The notes: generated by a model from the sequence alone, not told the origin. A stretch of 64,000 nt of DNA from a bacterium (GCA_043801585.1 JAZDLX010000007.1:96108-160107), one strand, 5' to 3'. Counted from the stretch's first letter, positions 39,501 to 50,160 are shown. Numbers and translations: made by a program.

Positions 39501-41744
39501 GTGACTGCCGAAATCGCCCAGCCTTTCCCCGGAGATCCCGAGGTGAATGCCGAAATGGCCTATGCGTTCGGGCTCGATTCTCGGGAATATGAGCGCATCC
39601 TTGAAATCATCGGACGAACCCCAACGTATGCGGAGCTGGGCGTGTTTTCGGTGATGTGGTCCGAGCATGCGAGTTACAAGAATTCCATTCTCGAATTGAA
39701 GAAACTGCCTCGAAGCGGTGGCCGCCTGCTCGTCGGAGCGGGGGAAGAGAACGCGGGGCTTGTGGATATCGGGGATGGCCTCGCCGTCGCTTTCAAGATC
39801 GAAAGCCACAACCACCCCTCGGCAGTTGAACCCTACCAGGGCGCCGCTACAGGTGTCGGTGGTATCCTCCGGGATGTCTTCACCATGGGTGCGCGTCCCA
39901 TCGCACTACTCAACAGTCTGCGGTTTGGCCCTCCCGGGGATGACCGCGTGCGTTTTCTTTTTGACGGCGTGGTTCGCGGCATCGCGGATTACGGCAATTG
40001 CATGGGAATCCCGACCGTTGGCGGAGAGATCTATTTCGAGGAATCCTACCGTGGGAATCCGCTCGTCAATGCGATGGCGGTCGGCATCGTGCGGCACGAC
40101 AGGGTTATGAGTGCCGCCGCGAAGGGCGAAGGAAACCCGGTGATCTACATCGGCTCCTCGACCGGTCGGGACGGCATCCACGGCGCCACCTTCGCCAGCG
40201 TCGAACTCTCGGAAGAATCCCAGAGCAGGAAGAGCAACGTTCAGGTCGGCGACCCGTTTACGGAGAAACTGCTGCTCGAAGCGACGCTCGAATTGTCTGA
40301 ATCAGGTGTGGTGGTCGGGATCCAGGATATGGGGGCAGCCGGACTGACCTGTTCTTCCAGCGAAATGGCGGCGAAAACCGGCGTCGGCATTTTCCTCGAC
40401 CTCGACAAGATTCCCCGTCGCGAACAGGGGATGTCCCCTTACGAAATCCTGCTTTCCGAATCGCAGGAACGGATGCTGCTCGTCGCTGCCAAAGGCCGTG
40501 AGGAAGTGGTCTATGCCATCGCCCGGAAATGGGGACTGGAAGCGGTTCAGGTGGGAGTGGTCACATCCGATGGGAAAATGAAGGCGGCGCAGAACGGCAT
40601 CCTCACTGTGGACATTCCCGCGGAAGTCCTCGCCCTGGGTGGAGGCGCTCCGGTGTACGAACGTGAGGCGGAACGGCCGAAAGTTCTCGACGAAGCGACA
40701 ACACTGCAACCGCTGAGTGAACCGGAGGACATTGCCACGGCTCTGACGACCCTGCTGGCACGGCCGAACATCGCCAGTAAACGGTTTGTCTTCCGCCAGT
40801 ATGACCACATGGTGATGGGCAACACACGTGTGTTGCCGGGAGTCGGTGATGCCGCAGTTGTGCGCGTCCCCGGTTCGAACAAGGCTCTCGGGATGGCCAC
40901 GGATTGCAACGGTCGCTATGTGTATCTCAATCCCCGTGCGGGAGCGGCGATGGCGGTTGCGGAGGCTGCGAGAAATGTCGCCTGCTCCGGAGCGTTGCCA
41001 CTCGGTGTCACCAACTGCCTCAATTTCGGCAACCCCTACAAACCCGAGGTTTACTGGGTGTTTCGTGAAGCGGTGGCGGGAATGGGGGAGGCGTGCCGGG
41101 CCTTGGATACCCCTGTGACCGGTGGAAATGTTTCATTCTACAATGAGAATCCAACGGGTGCCATCTATCCTACTCCTGTCATCGGTGTTGTCGGATTGGC
41201 CGAGGATGTCACTCGCACGATCGGCATGGTTCTTCGTGAAGAAGATCTGCACCTGTTGTTGATCGGAGCGGACTCCATTTCATGGGCGGGCAGCGAATGG
41301 CAAGCGGTGCACCAGGATTCTCCCAGCGGTGAATTGCCACCGTTGGATCTTCAGCTTGAATCTCGTCTCCAGAAATTCATGGTCGCAACGATCGCAGAGG
41401 GACGGATCGCAGCGGCACACGATATCTCCGAAGGCGGACTGGCGGTTGCTCTCACGGAAATGGCAATCGCTGATCCAGGATGCCGGGTAGGAATCACAGT
41501 GGACTGGCCGTTTTCACCCCTGGAACTCTTTGGGGAAGGACCGTCACGGGTCCTCGTTGCGGTTCGACCGGAACATCTTGAAAAGGTTGTTTTTGCCGCG
41601 GGTATGTCTGATCTTCCTGTGCGCAGGATCGGTGTTTCAGGGGGGACGGATCTGACATTTGCGGAAGGGGTTGCTGTCCCTCTGGAAGAGCTCGCGAAGG
41701 CCTGGCACGGAGGCTTGGAACGGGGATTGGGGCATCAATCCTGA
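39501..41744 (+). CDS. purL: Phosphoribosylformylglycinamidine synthase subunit PurL (small type)
   Basis: [66 protein letters not shown] start inferred. Confidence 0.96.
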   Translation: MTAEIAQPFPGDPEVNAEMAYAFGLDSREYERILEIIGRTPTYAELGVFSVMWSEHASYKNSILELKKLPRSGGRLLVGAGEENAGLVDIGDGLAVAFKIESHNHPSAVEPYQGAATGVGGILRDVFTMGARPIALLNSLRFGPPGDDRVRFLFDGVVRGIADYGNCMGIPTVGGEIYFEESYRGNPLVNAMAVGIVRHDRVMSAAAKGEGNPVIYIGSSTGRDGIHGATFASVELSEESQSRKSNVQVGDPFTEKLLLEATLELSESGVVVGIQDMGAAGLTCSSSEMAAKTGVGIFLDLDKIPRREQGMSPYEILLSESQERMLLVAAKGREEVVYAIARKWGLEAVQVGVVTSDGKMKAAQNGILTVDIPAEVLALGGGAPVYEREAERPKVLDEATTLQPLSEPEDIATALTTLLARPNIASKRFVFRQYDHMVMGNTRVLPGVGDAAVVRVPGSNKALGMATDCNGRYVYLNPRAGAAMAVAEAARNVACSGALPLGVTNCLNFGNPYKPEVYWVFREAVAGMGEACRALDTPVTGGNVSFYNENPTGAIYPTPVIGVVGLAEDVTRTIGMVLREEDLHLLLIGADSISWAGSEWQAVHQDSPSGELPPLDLQLESRLQKFMVATIAEGRIAAAHDISEGGLAVALTEMAIADPGCRVGITVDWPFSPLELFGEGPSRVLVAVRPEHLEKVVFAAGMSDLPVRRIGVSGGTDLTFAEGVAVPLEELAKAWHGGLERGLGHQS

Positions 41745-41795
41745 ACGGAAAATCGTTCAAAATTCGATTCTGCACAGGCAGGAGGAGGGCACCCG

Positions 41796-42470
41796 TTGCA
41801 GGGCACGCCTGAAATGATGCGGCTGCTTTTCGCACCGAGAAGCACGATCCGCTGGATTCTCAACCACGATCCCAACTACGGAGTCGCGATGATCGCGATT
41901 CTCGCGGGGATCACCTCGGCGCTGAGATCCAGCATCCTCCATGGACTCCATCCGTTGCCCGATCTTGTGGGCCATTCCGACCTGCTGGATGAGGTGATCG
42001 CCTATGGCATCGGTCCTTCTGCGGGGTTGTTTCTTTCAACGGTGACGATCGCCCTTTACGGTGCTCTCCTTGGGATTGTTCTCATCTGGGTGGGTTCCTT
42101 CTTCCTGCGGGTGATTGGTAGAATCTTCGGGGGAAAAGGAAGATACATTGAGGTGCGCGCAGCGCTCGCCTGGGCATTCGTTCCCTACACATGGTTATTT
42201 CCGATTTACCTGATCTACGCAATAGTCCACCTCGTGGCATTGAGAAGTGCGAGTTTTTCCTATGGAACGGTGTTGCCGTGGGACACTTCGATGCCGCTTG
42301 CGCTTCTGTTGGGCTTTGACTATCTCTTCCGTTTGCTGGGATTTGTCCTGCTCGTCCTGAATCTGTCTGTGGCGTTGAACGTCGATTTGAAACGGTCATT
42401 TTTCGTGGCGTTTCTCATCGTCGCGCCGCCGATTTTCTATTTCGCTCCCTGCCAGGGATTCGGATTCTGA
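41796..42470 (+). CDS. YIP1-family membrane protein
   Basis: LFAPRSTIRWI, IGRIFGGKG.Y..VRAALAWAFVP; GGAGG RBS. Confidence 0.7.
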   Translation: MQGTPEMMRLLFAPRSTIRWILNHDPNYGVAMIAILAGITSALRSSILHGLHPLPDLVGHSDLLDEVIAYGIGPSAGLFLSTVTIALYGALLGIVLIWVGSFFLRVIGRIFGGKGRYIEVRAALAWAFVPYTWLFPIYLIYAIVHLVALRSASFSYGTVLPWDTSMPLALLLGFDYLFRLLGFVLLVLNLSVALNVDLKRSFFVAFLIVAPPIFYFAPCQGFGF

Positions 42471-42480
42471 AGGAGTCACC

Positions 42481-42993
42481 ATGGCTGTCTGGAAGAAGAG
42501 CGTCACGGGAGAAGGAATGGGTACGCCTCCCGCCGGTTGGCAGGCTGTTCTTGCGAAACTTTTCGGCACGGGATTGGGCACCGGCTATGCTCGAGCCGGG
42601 CAGGGAACCTTGGGCAGTGCACTGTTTGTGCTTCTCTGGATCGTTCTCGTCCCGGAGCAGATCGTCTGGCAATGGGCTGTCGTGATCGTTCTCCACCTGG
42701 TTTCCATACCGCTGTCGGGATGGGGAGAACGAATGTGGGGGAAGGATCCGGGCCGCATCACTATTGATGAATTCGCTGGGCAGGCCATCGCACTGATCGC
42801 CGTTCCAAAGGTCTGGCCCGCGCTGCTAGCGGCGTTTCTCCTGTTCCGAGTGTTTGACACCTTCAAATTCCCCTTCGTTCGGCGTCATGTTGAGACTCTT
42901 CCCGGTGGGTGGGGGGTTACCCTTGATGACACCATCGCCGGAATCATCGCCCGTCTCCTGATGATTCCCGTTCTGTATTTTCTGACTGTCTGA
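42481..42993 (+). CDS. pgpA: Phosphatidylglycerophosphatase A
   Basis: GTGY....GTLGS, KDPGRITIDEFAG, FRVFD..K, PGGWGV.LDD.IAG. Confidence 0.9.
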   Translation: MAVWKKSVTGEGMGTPPAGWQAVLAKLFGTGLGTGYARAGQGTLGSALFVLLWIVLVPEQIVWQWAVVIVLHLVSIPLSGWGERMWGKDPGRITIDEFAGQAIALIAVPKVWPALLAAFLLFRVFDTFKFPFVRRHVETLPGGWGVTLDDTIAGIIARLLMIPVLYFLTV

Positions 42994-43062
42994 GCTAAAA
43001 TCCTGACAATCGATTTCCGGTAGTATTGGCATGCTGTCCAAGCTGCCAGCGCCTGTTGGTGC

Positions 43063-43114
43063 GAGTAATCAGGGACAGTTCCTGAAAGATTCTGGGGACT
43101 GTCCCTGATTACTC
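43063..43114. repeat. Long palindrome between convergent pgpA and yceI
   Basis: GAGTAATCAGGGACAGT ... ACTGTCCCTGATTACTC, 17-bp perfect stem extendable by G-U pairs. Confidence 0.8.
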
Positions 43115-43169
43115 TGAGGGGATACCCCGCCGGGAGGGCGGGGAATATCAATGGTGACAACGGTTTTGC

Positions 43170-43754
43170 CTACTTCTTGTTCAATTCCGCCTCGATCAGA
43201 ATATCGACCATGTTGTCAGCGACGACACCTCCACCCTCGATGCTTTTATTCCAGTTTATACCAAAGTCCAAGCGGTTAATCCGTGCGTTTGCGCTCGCCG
43301 CGATTTTTGTTCCGCCAAACACCTTCATCGGGGGAGTGGGACCTTCGACGTTCAGCGTGATCTCTTTGGTCACTCCGCGGATCGTCAAATCACCGATCAT
43401 CTCGAGGCTGTCGCCGACCCTGATGACCTTTTTGCTGACGAATGTCATCAGCGGGTACTTCTCGACATAAAAGAAAGCTTCACTCCTCAGATGGTTGTCG
43501 CGGTTGCTGTTGCCGGTGTTGATCGAATTGACGTCGATAGTAACGCTCACGCTCGCATTTTCCGGATGCTCAGGATCGTAATTCACCGAACCGCTGAAGG
43601 TGTCGAATTGCCCCCAGACGTTCGCGATCATCAGGTGTTTCACACGAAATTTGACCTGGGTGTGTGGCATGTCAAATTCCCATTCAGAGGCGTTGGCAGA
43701 GATGGCACTACCCAGGAATACGACAGACAACAGTGCATGAATCGTTCGCTTCAT
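43170..43754 (-). CDS. YceI family (polyisoprenoid-binding) protein
   Basis: Signal peptide; HTQVKFRVKHL, SINTGN..RDNHLRS, GDLTIRGVTKE, INRLDFG. Confidence 0.92.
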   Translation of the reverse strand: MKRTIHALLSVVFLGSAISANASEWEFDMPHTQVKFRVKHLMIANVWGQFDTFSGSVNYDPEHPENASVSVTIDVNSINTGNSNRDNHLRSEAFFYVEKYPLMTFVSKKVIRVGDSLEMIGDLTIRGVTKEITLNVEGPTPPMKVFGGTKIAASANARINRLDFGINWNKSIEGGGVVADNMVDILIEAELNKK

Positions 43755-43798
43755 GAGCCCCTCACGGAGGTTGATGAAGAATGTGGTTAGCTTCTTTA

Positions 43799-44281
43799 TC
43801 ACATGTTCGCCAATGATTCTCGGACGACTGGAGGGTGGAGTGTCCACCCCAGTTTTTTCGCCATGTTTCCGAGGATGTCCATTTCTTCCACGGAAAATTC
43901 GGTGAATGCCTCAGCGATCAGCGCGACATGTCCAGGCAACAACTCCTCGAACAGATCCTTTCCGGTTTTGGTCAGCAATACTGTCATTTTCCGACGATCG
44001 TCCTTGTCACGAATTCTGCTGACGAGTTTCTGCTTCTCGAGGTTATCGATCACCATGGTCATGTTTCCGCTGCTCTTGAGAATCTTCTGAGCCAGGATCG
44101 ATTGGCACATCGGGCCGAGATGGTAGAGAGCGTCCAGAACGCCGAACTGACTGATCGTCAACCTGTTGTCGTAGAAGGTTCTGCTGACATGACCGATCAG
44201 CGAGTCGACTGCACGAATCAGCTTGATGTAGGTGCTGAGCACTTTCCTGTCCCTCAGGGACCCCTGGTAATGGCTGGGCAT
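43799..44281 (-). CDS. MarR family regulator (MhqR-like)
   Basis: LTISQFGVLDALYHLGP, ILKSSGNMTMVIDNLEK, DRR...LT..G. Confidence 0.9.
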   Translation of the reverse strand: MPSHYQGSLRDRKVLSTYIKLIRAVDSLIGHVSRTFYDNRLTISQFGVLDALYHLGPMCQSILAQKILKSSGNMTMVIDNLEKQKLVSRIRDKDDRRKMTVLLTKTGKDLFEELLPGHVALIAEAFTEFSVEEMDILGNMAKKLGWTLHPPVVRESLANM

Positions 44282-44294
44282 AGCATCTCCATCC

Positions 44295-44320
44295 GTAATT
44301 GCTTAATGTTAAGCTATTAC
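44295..44320. promoter_or_regulatory. Putative operator for the MarR-YceI operon
   Basis: GTAAT-t-GCTTAA-tg-TTAAGC-t-ATTAC palindrome directly upstream of the marR RBS. Confidence 0.6.
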
Positions 44321-44387
44321 ATTTTTATTGTTAGGCCAACCGAATGTGATGAGACGGAGAGCAGGGAGAGCAGCGGTTGAAAACGAG

Positions 44388-44424
44388 AAACAGCCTCATG
44401 CTGACACACATGAGGCTGTTTTTT
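44388..44424. terminator. Intrinsic terminator after MFS gene (possibly bidirectional)
   Basis: AAACAGCCTCATG-N8-CATGAGGCTGTTT hairpin with T tracts on both strands. Confidence 0.7.
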
Positions 44425-44442
44425 GCGATGTTTACAAAAAGT

Positions 44443-45966
44443 TCAGGCGTTCATATCCGACCATTTCTTCGCCATCTGGTTAAAGATGATCAGGGCGATG
44501 ATCGCCAGCACTCCAATCGTGGCGATGGGAATCCAGACATGAAACTGGGGGTTGTAGGTGTCCCAGAGCAGCCGTGTGGCATCGCTTCCGCCAAGATTCA
44601 ACGTCTGTTTCAACGCCTCAAAGGACTCCGTTCGTGGAATCCCGAGCAGATGTTCGAGCTGACTGGGACTTCCGTTCCACTGTCCGAGTTTTCCCTCGCC
44701 CAACGCCGTGTGTTGGAGCAGGTATTTCTGCGCGAGTACCGCCTTGTCGCCCCAGCGTCCATAGAGCCATCCCGCAAGCTGGCTTCCAACGAAAAGACCA
44801 ATGCCAACCGGAATGTTCACATAGCCGAGGTACAGACCCTTTTTGCCGGGAGGGGCGATCAGGCCGAGGTATTCGTTCTTCTTCGGTCCGGTAAGCATCT
44901 CGCCGAGGGAGAAAAAGACGACTCCGAGCAGGAAGACCGAACCGAGCGTGGTGAAACCGGCGACGAGGATGCCGCAGGTGGCGACGGTCATTCCGATCAC
45001 CATGGCGGAGAGAGTCCGCATCTTGCGAACGGTCCATGAGACCGGGATCATCAGCAGGACGATCAGCGCGGCGTTCAGGTTGAGCAGAATTTCCTGTGGC
45101 ACCTGAGGGCCACGGTCCGTGAGCACCACCCAGCTTCTCGGCAACCAGCCGCTATGCTGCACCCCGGCAGCGAGAGCGCTTGAATCGATCCAGTCCGTGA
45201 TGAAGTTGGGATGCAGATCCCAGAGCTGGTACATCATCAGCCAGAAGCAGCTCATGATCAGCAGCCACGAGATCAACCGTGGCTCCGCGATGTTTTTCAT
45301 CGTATAGACGAAAACCTGCAGCGGGGTGCGGGATTTGTCCGCGCCCGATTCAAAATCCTTGAAGGTGAAGAGCATCAGGTAGTTCAGCGAGGTGATGCCC
45401 GCCGCGACCAGGAACAGGAGTTTCCAGGAATACTCATGGCGAATGAACGCTGCGAGCAGCGGTGCGATGGCCGCGCCCACGTTCACGATCCAGTAGAAGA
45501 TACCCCAGCCGAGCGAACTGTTTTTCTTGGAGAGGTTCTGCGCAAGGCTGCCCTGCAGGGATGGCTTGAAAAACGCCGTCCCCGACGCGAGGATCATCAC
45601 AGCGGCGAAGAACCCCCAGAAGCTGTGCATGTAGGCCATCAGCACATAGCCGAGGATGTTCATCGACACGGAGAAGACGAGGGTCTTCTTGTACCCGTAA
45701 CGGTCGGCATAACCGCCGGTGACCATCGGCAGGATGGATTGGAACACCCCCCACCAGGCGTAGATGTAGCCTTTCTGCAATGCGGTGAAATGGAGGCCGT
45801 GGACTTCATCGGCCTGCATGATGTAGATGGCGACTACGGAGCGGACGAGGAAGTAGGCCATCCGCTCCCACATCTCCATCACGTTCAACATCCAGTAGCC
45901 GAAGGGAAAACCAAACAGTCGAAAACTGCCCTGATTCTGCGGCGTGGGCACGGTCGTTTCACTCAT
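44443..45966 (-). CDS. MFS transporter, POT/peptide-transporter-like
   Basis: EMWERMAYF (ExxER), GGYADRYG, FKPS, IFYWIVNVG, SLGEM..GP. Confidence 0.85.
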   Translation of the reverse strand: MSETTVPTPQNQGSFRLFGFPFGYWMLNVMEMWERMAYFLVRSVVAIYIMQADEVHGLHFTALQKGYIYAWWGVFQSILPMVTGGYADRYGYKKTLVFSVSMNILGYVLMAYMHSFWGFFAAVMILASGTAFFKPSLQGSLAQNLSKKNSSLGWGIFYWIVNVGAAIAPLLAAFIRHEYSWKLLFLVAAGITSLNYLMLFTFKDFESGADKSRTPLQVFVYTMKNIAEPRLISWLLIMSCFWLMMYQLWDLHPNFITDWIDSSALAAGVQHSGWLPRSWVVLTDRGPQVPQEILLNLNAALIVLLMIPVSWTVRKMRTLSAMVIGMTVATCGILVAGFTTLGSVFLLGVVFFSLGEMLTGPKKNEYLGLIAPPGKKGLYLGYVNIPVGIGLFVGSQLAGWLYGRWGDKAVLAQKYLLQHTALGEGKLGQWNGSPSQLEHLLGIPRTESFEALKQTLNLGGSDATRLLWDTYNPQFHVWIPIATIGVLAIIALIIFNQMAKKWSDMNA

Positions 45967-46058
45967 TGATCGTCACTCCGTCGTTTTGCGGTCCAATTCC
46001 GAATTTCCGCGAATCTAAGCCATGCCTTGAAGGGGAACAAGCGAAGGAGAGGTGGGTT

Positions 46059-46144
46059 TGTCATCCCCCGGCTTGACCGGGGGATCCAGATATTTTTCGA
46101 TTCTTTCGTTTCCCTTGGATTGCCCCTCAAGCCGGGCAATGACA
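46059..46144. repeat. Inverted pair of GTCAT-type palindromes (REPIN/RPE-like)
   Basis: TGTCATCCCCCGGCTTGACCGGGGGATCCAG (46059-46089,+) and TGGATTGCCCCTCAAGCCGGGCAATGACA (46116-46144,-); same family as 33255-33285. Confidence 0.82.
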
Positions 46145-46191
46145 TAAAGGGGAGGAGTGCTGAACAAGCATGTATGAAACGGCACCAGCAA

Positions 46192-47568
46192 TCAACGATT
46201 ACGGATGTAGCCAGGGAACAGAGTGACAACGCCGACGAACAAACCGATAAAGATCGGCTGCACTCCGAAGGGATAGCCTGTGCCATAGGAGCCGAGAAAT
46301 GTCCAGACCGCTGCCGAGACTCCTGCGAGAAGCATCGAGACGCTCACCCAGGGATCGCGGAACCGCACCCTTTTGCGAAAACTCGCGATCAGGGGCAACA
46401 GCAGCATCGGAGTTCCAACGGAACCGAGGTCGTACCAGATTTTGACGACCGACTCTTTCCACAGTGCGATCAACACGGCCAGCAGTGCGGAAGCCAGCAG
46501 CCCCCACTGGATGCGCCGGACATCCCAGCGTAAATGAGTCCCCCGTGCCCGGGCGACCAGATCGCGCCCGAGTGTCTGGGCGGCGAGAAACCCGTAGGAA
46601 TCCACCGTCGACAGGATTACTGAAACCAACCCGAGGAGAAACAGCCCGGTGACGCCCGGCGGGAGTACTTTCGCCGCCAGCAGGGGGTATGACAGAAGCG
46701 GATCGGCGCCGGGTCCGAGGATCGCCCTCGCGTAGAGCCCTGAAAAACTGGTGAGAGCGTCGAAAAGCACCCAGAAAAGGATCGAAACGAGGATCCCGCG
46801 TCGTGCGGTCCGGGAATCCCGGGCGGCGCTGCAACGTTGATGAAATCCGGGGTTCACCAGGGTCGATAGCGCGATCACGTACCAGACCAGCACCGCCCCG
46901 ATCGGTAACCCGCCGTTCCACGTCAGATGGTCCTTCGGGAGGTTTGATTTCAACCACGTCAGTCCGCCAGAGTGAATCACCGCGAACGTCAGCAACAGGA
47001 TAAACCCGATGTACATCAGCACGAATTGAACCGCATCCGTCCGCACGACCGACCGAAATCCCCCGAAAGCGATGTAGATCGTTGAAAGAAGCGTTCCGAT
47101 CACCACCCAGACAGCGAGTTGTCCTCCGAACGTTGCCTGCAGAAGAACTCCGATCATCAGCACATAAGCCGCGGGAACAGTCATGACGAAGACAACCCCT
47201 GCGCCGATCAACGCCGGGCGCCGTCCGAACGCCTTCTCGAGCTGGTCGGAAATCGATGTTACGCCGGAGATCCGGATCCGGTTCGCAAGGAACAATGCGT
47301 AGAGCAGCGCCGCAAGGTAATAGGGCACTCCGAAAACGAGCCAGTTGCTGATTCCATAGGTAAACGAGTATTCGCCGACTCCGAGGATGCCTCCGTACCA
47401 GGTCGAAACGAGAGTTGCCACGAAAGCAGGCAGGGTCAACCGGCGACCGGCGAGCAAGTACTCACTTTCATCACCGTGAGCCTCGTTCCGTGTCCGCCAG
47501 GTGACAACGACCAGAAAGAGGATGTACCCCGCCAGCAGGATTCCGTCGATCGGATGCAATTTCAGCAT
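46192..47568 (-). CDS. Sodium:solute symporter (SLC5), probable thiamine/precursor uptake
   Basis: YLLAGRRL, LVSTWYGG, GGFRSVVRTDAVQF, HQRC.AA, LSTVDS; downstream of TPP riboswitch. Confidence 0.88.
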   Translation of the reverse strand: MLKLHPIDGILLAGYILFLVVVTWRTRNEAHGDESEYLLAGRRLTLPAFVATLVSTWYGGILGVGEYSFTYGISNWLVFGVPYYLAALLYALFLANRIRISGVTSISDQLEKAFGRRPALIGAGVVFVMTVPAAYVLMIGVLLQATFGGQLAVWVVIGTLLSTIYIAFGGFRSVVRTDAVQFVLMYIGFILLLTFAVIHSGGLTWLKSNLPKDHLTWNGGLPIGAVLVWYVIALSTLVNPGFHQRCSAARDSRTARRGILVSILFWVLFDALTSFSGLYARAILGPGADPLLSYPLLAAKVLPPGVTGLFLLGLVSVILSTVDSYGFLAAQTLGRDLVARARGTHLRWDVRRIQWGLLASALLAVLIALWKESVVKIWYDLGSVGTPMLLLPLIASFRKRVRFRDPWVSVSMLLAGVSAAVWTFLGSYGTGYPFGVQPIFIGLFVGVVTLFPGYIRNR

Positions 47569-47586
47569 GTGGGATCCCAGTCTCCC

Positions 47587-50055
47587 TTAGAACAACGCAC
47601 TGAGTCCAAGGAAGACATTTCGTGTGGCGCCGACGTAATAATAGTTCTCCCCGTAAACGTAACCGGACGTTTCGTACTCTTCATTCAGCAGGTTGTTCAC
47701 CCTCAGATTTGCCTCGAGGGTCGCATAGGGGATCAGGCGAGGCAACCGCAGGGATGCTGAGAGACCAACGACGGTTGACGGATCGATGGTACGATCCTCG
47801 CTCTGCGTGTTGTCAAGGTATTGCTTGCCAAGATGCTGCACATCCACGGTCACCTGTGCATCACGAATTCGGTATCCCACCCCCACGGACGCCATGATCG
47901 AAGGAAAAAGGGCGATCCTGTTTCCGTCGAGGGTAACAGCGTTCACTCCGACAAGATTCCAATCGTCGTCGTAGACCGCTTCGTTGACGGTGTAGTCGGC
48001 GAGCACATCTGACGAAAGGGTCAGATAGAGCCACCCGATCAAGCCGCGTTCCGGTTTGCAGGAGGCTTCCAGTTCGATGCCGCGATGCAGCGAGCGTTTG
48101 GCGTTGTCGGTTACCGGCGATCCGTCACGAATTCCGCCCGCGGGAACGATCTCGTTGTGAAAATCCATCCAGTAGCCATCCAGTTTCAAATTGACGTCGT
48201 TTTTCATCCAGGAGGCGCCTACCTCCAGGTTGACCACCCGTTCCGGGTCGATGGATGGGTCGCTCCATTTGATGTAGCGGACCTTGGAACCTGACCGCAC
48301 GGTATCCGGAGTCTGGAAAAGTGGATCGACACCCAGATCGTCCGGCCCCGACCAGACATCCCAGTATTCGTCATTGACCGGAGCACGGTGGGACATTGCT
48401 GCTGTCAGGTAGGAAGAGAGCTCTCGGGTGAATGAGTAATTGAGGCCGATTTTCGGGTTGAGGAATGTGTAATCGACTGTGAAGCGATTCAGTTGATCCC
48501 CTTTGAAATTCCCCTCGGCGTACTGGCGGAAGATGTATCGCTGCAGGCGCATTTCCAGGTCGCCGATTACTCGAAGTTTATCAGTAAGGATGTGGTTTTC
48601 CTGAACAAACAAACCACCTTTGTGGACCTCTCCAGCATAATGATAGTAACGGTTCCTCGGATCGGAGCCCTCGGGGGGATTGTCCGCCCAGATCACGAAT
48701 CCTTCATGTTTTCCCGTGTAATACTGCCAGTCCCCCCCGAGTTGCAGGGTTCCATTCGGGTGTTCCCAGGTGGCGCGGGGCGTCCAGCCGAAGTGATCCT
48801 TGTACACCCATTTCTGGTTGACAAGATCCGTCTCGGTGACAAGCGATCCATCCCGGGTGAAGGGCTGGTATCCAAAATCGAACAGGTCTCGTCCATCCTT
48901 GAATTGCTCATAGTAACCGACGCCGTGGATGTAGAAGAGGTTGTTTTCCACCGTCCAGTGTTCGGACGGTTGCCACTGGTGCAGAAGCTCGTAGTGCGGC
49001 TGGCTGAAATTGTCGATGGTGTTGTCGTAGGTGATCGGGTTAAAGCGGCGATTCGCTGCCAATCCGCTCTCGGGTGCGGCGTCCCATGCCGCCTGTGTCA
49101 CCTCGACTCCACCGTAGACGTTGATTGTCAGTCGGGTATTGTGCCCGTAACGGACTCCCGTGAGGAAATAACTCCAGAGGTCAGCGGCGGAACGGTCACG
49201 GTAACCTTCGGACTGAATCTTCGAAAATCGTCCATAGAATCCGTAGGTGTTGTTCACGATCCCGGAGTTGTAGGCAGCGCTCCATTTCCGCGTGTTGAAA
49301 CTTCCGATGCCTGCGTTCACTGTGATCCCCGGGTTGTCGATTCCCGGAGTGAGGGTGACAAGATTCAACGAACCGCCGAAACCCTCGCTGCTCTGGTTCG
49401 AAAATCCTACGCCCCGCTGAAGCTGAACGTCCTGCAGGTTTGCCGCGAGATCGGGGATGTCCACCCAGTAAACGACTCCGTCCTCAGGGTCGTTCAGGGG
49501 GATGTTGTTGATTGTGACGCCTACCCGCTTGTGGTCAAATCCACGGATCTTCAAGTAGGTGTAGCCGATCCCTGTGCCCGCCTCGGAGTAGGCGTAGACG
49601 CCAGGCAGGTTCGAGAGCAGGGGAGGGATATCCTGCGCCCAGTACTGTTCGCGAAGCTGTTTGCCGCTGAGATCGGTGAACGATGCGGGCGTTTCACCCT
49701 CCGTGGCGCGCGATGCGGTGTACACGACATCGCTGGAACGGAGGATGATCGGTTTCAGGGAGAGGGTGATGGGGGAGATGGAGGTATCCGCGATGACGGT
49801 CACCTTCGCCACGCGGTAGCCCAGGTAGCTTGCGGACACGGTGTATTTCTTCCCCGGCTCAAGGCCCGCAAGAACAAACGTTCCCTGTTCATCGGAAGAC
49901 TGGCTGCCACCCATGACCCTGGGATCGACGAGAATGTGTGCGCCGGAGAGCGGTGTTCCGGTCTCCGCGTCGCTGACAATTCCAGTGAGGTCAGCCGCCA
50001 CGGCAGTTGTTGTGAGGAGAAGAATAAAAATCAGGAATAACAAATGGTTACGCAT
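47587..50055 (-). CDS. TonB-dependent receptor, probable thiamine transporter
   Basis: Signal peptide, CarboxypepD-like N-domain (G.VSDAETG.PL.GA), plug (GIGYTYLKIRG, IPLNDPE..VYWVD), NNLLNEEY, terminal Phe. Confidence 0.92.
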   Translation of the reverse strand: MRNHLLFLIFILLLTTTAVAADLTGIVSDAETGTPLSGAHILVDPRVMGGSQSSDEQGTFVLAGLEPGKKYTVSASYLGYRVAKVTVIADTSISPITLSLKPIILRSSDVVYTASRATEGETPASFTDLSGKQLREQYWAQDIPPLLSNLPGVYAYSEAGTGIGYTYLKIRGFDHKRVGVTINNIPLNDPEDGVVYWVDIPDLAANLQDVQLQRGVGFSNQSSEGFGGSLNLVTLTPGIDNPGITVNAGIGSFNTRKWSAAYNSGIVNNTYGFYGRFSKIQSEGYRDRSAADLWSYFLTGVRYGHNTRLTINVYGGVEVTQAAWDAAPESGLAANRRFNPITYDNTIDNFSQPHYELLHQWQPSEHWTVENNLFYIHGVGYYEQFKDGRDLFDFGYQPFTRDGSLVTETDLVNQKWVYKDHFGWTPRATWEHPNGTLQLGGDWQYYTGKHEGFVIWADNPPEGSDPRNRYYHYAGEVHKGGLFVQENHILTDKLRVIGDLEMRLQRYIFRQYAEGNFKGDQLNRFTVDYTFLNPKIGLNYSFTRELSSYLTAAMSHRAPVNDEYWDVWSGPDDLGVDPLFQTPDTVRSGSKVRYIKWSDPSIDPERVVNLEVGASWMKNDVNLKLDGYWMDFHNEIVPAGGIRDGSPVTDNAKRSLHRGIELEASCKPERGLIGWLYLTLSSDVLADYTVNEAVYDDDWNLVGVNAVTLDGNRIALFPSIMASVGVGYRIRDAQVTVDVQHLGKQYLDNTQSEDRTIDPSTVVGLSASLRLPRLIPYATLEANLRVNNLLNEEYETSGYVYGENYYYVGATRNVFLGLSALF

Positions 50056-50160
50056 GCTTCCTCCTATTTGGCGTTATGCCAAAGGTGGCGAGCATGCCGG
50101 GCATAAAAGGAAAGTCCCCGATCACTGCCGGGGGCTGAGGGCCAAACGGGTTGAAATCAA

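Noticed and set aside
48493..50040. 515-aa plus-strand ORF
   Set aside because: Antisense to the TonB-dependent receptor
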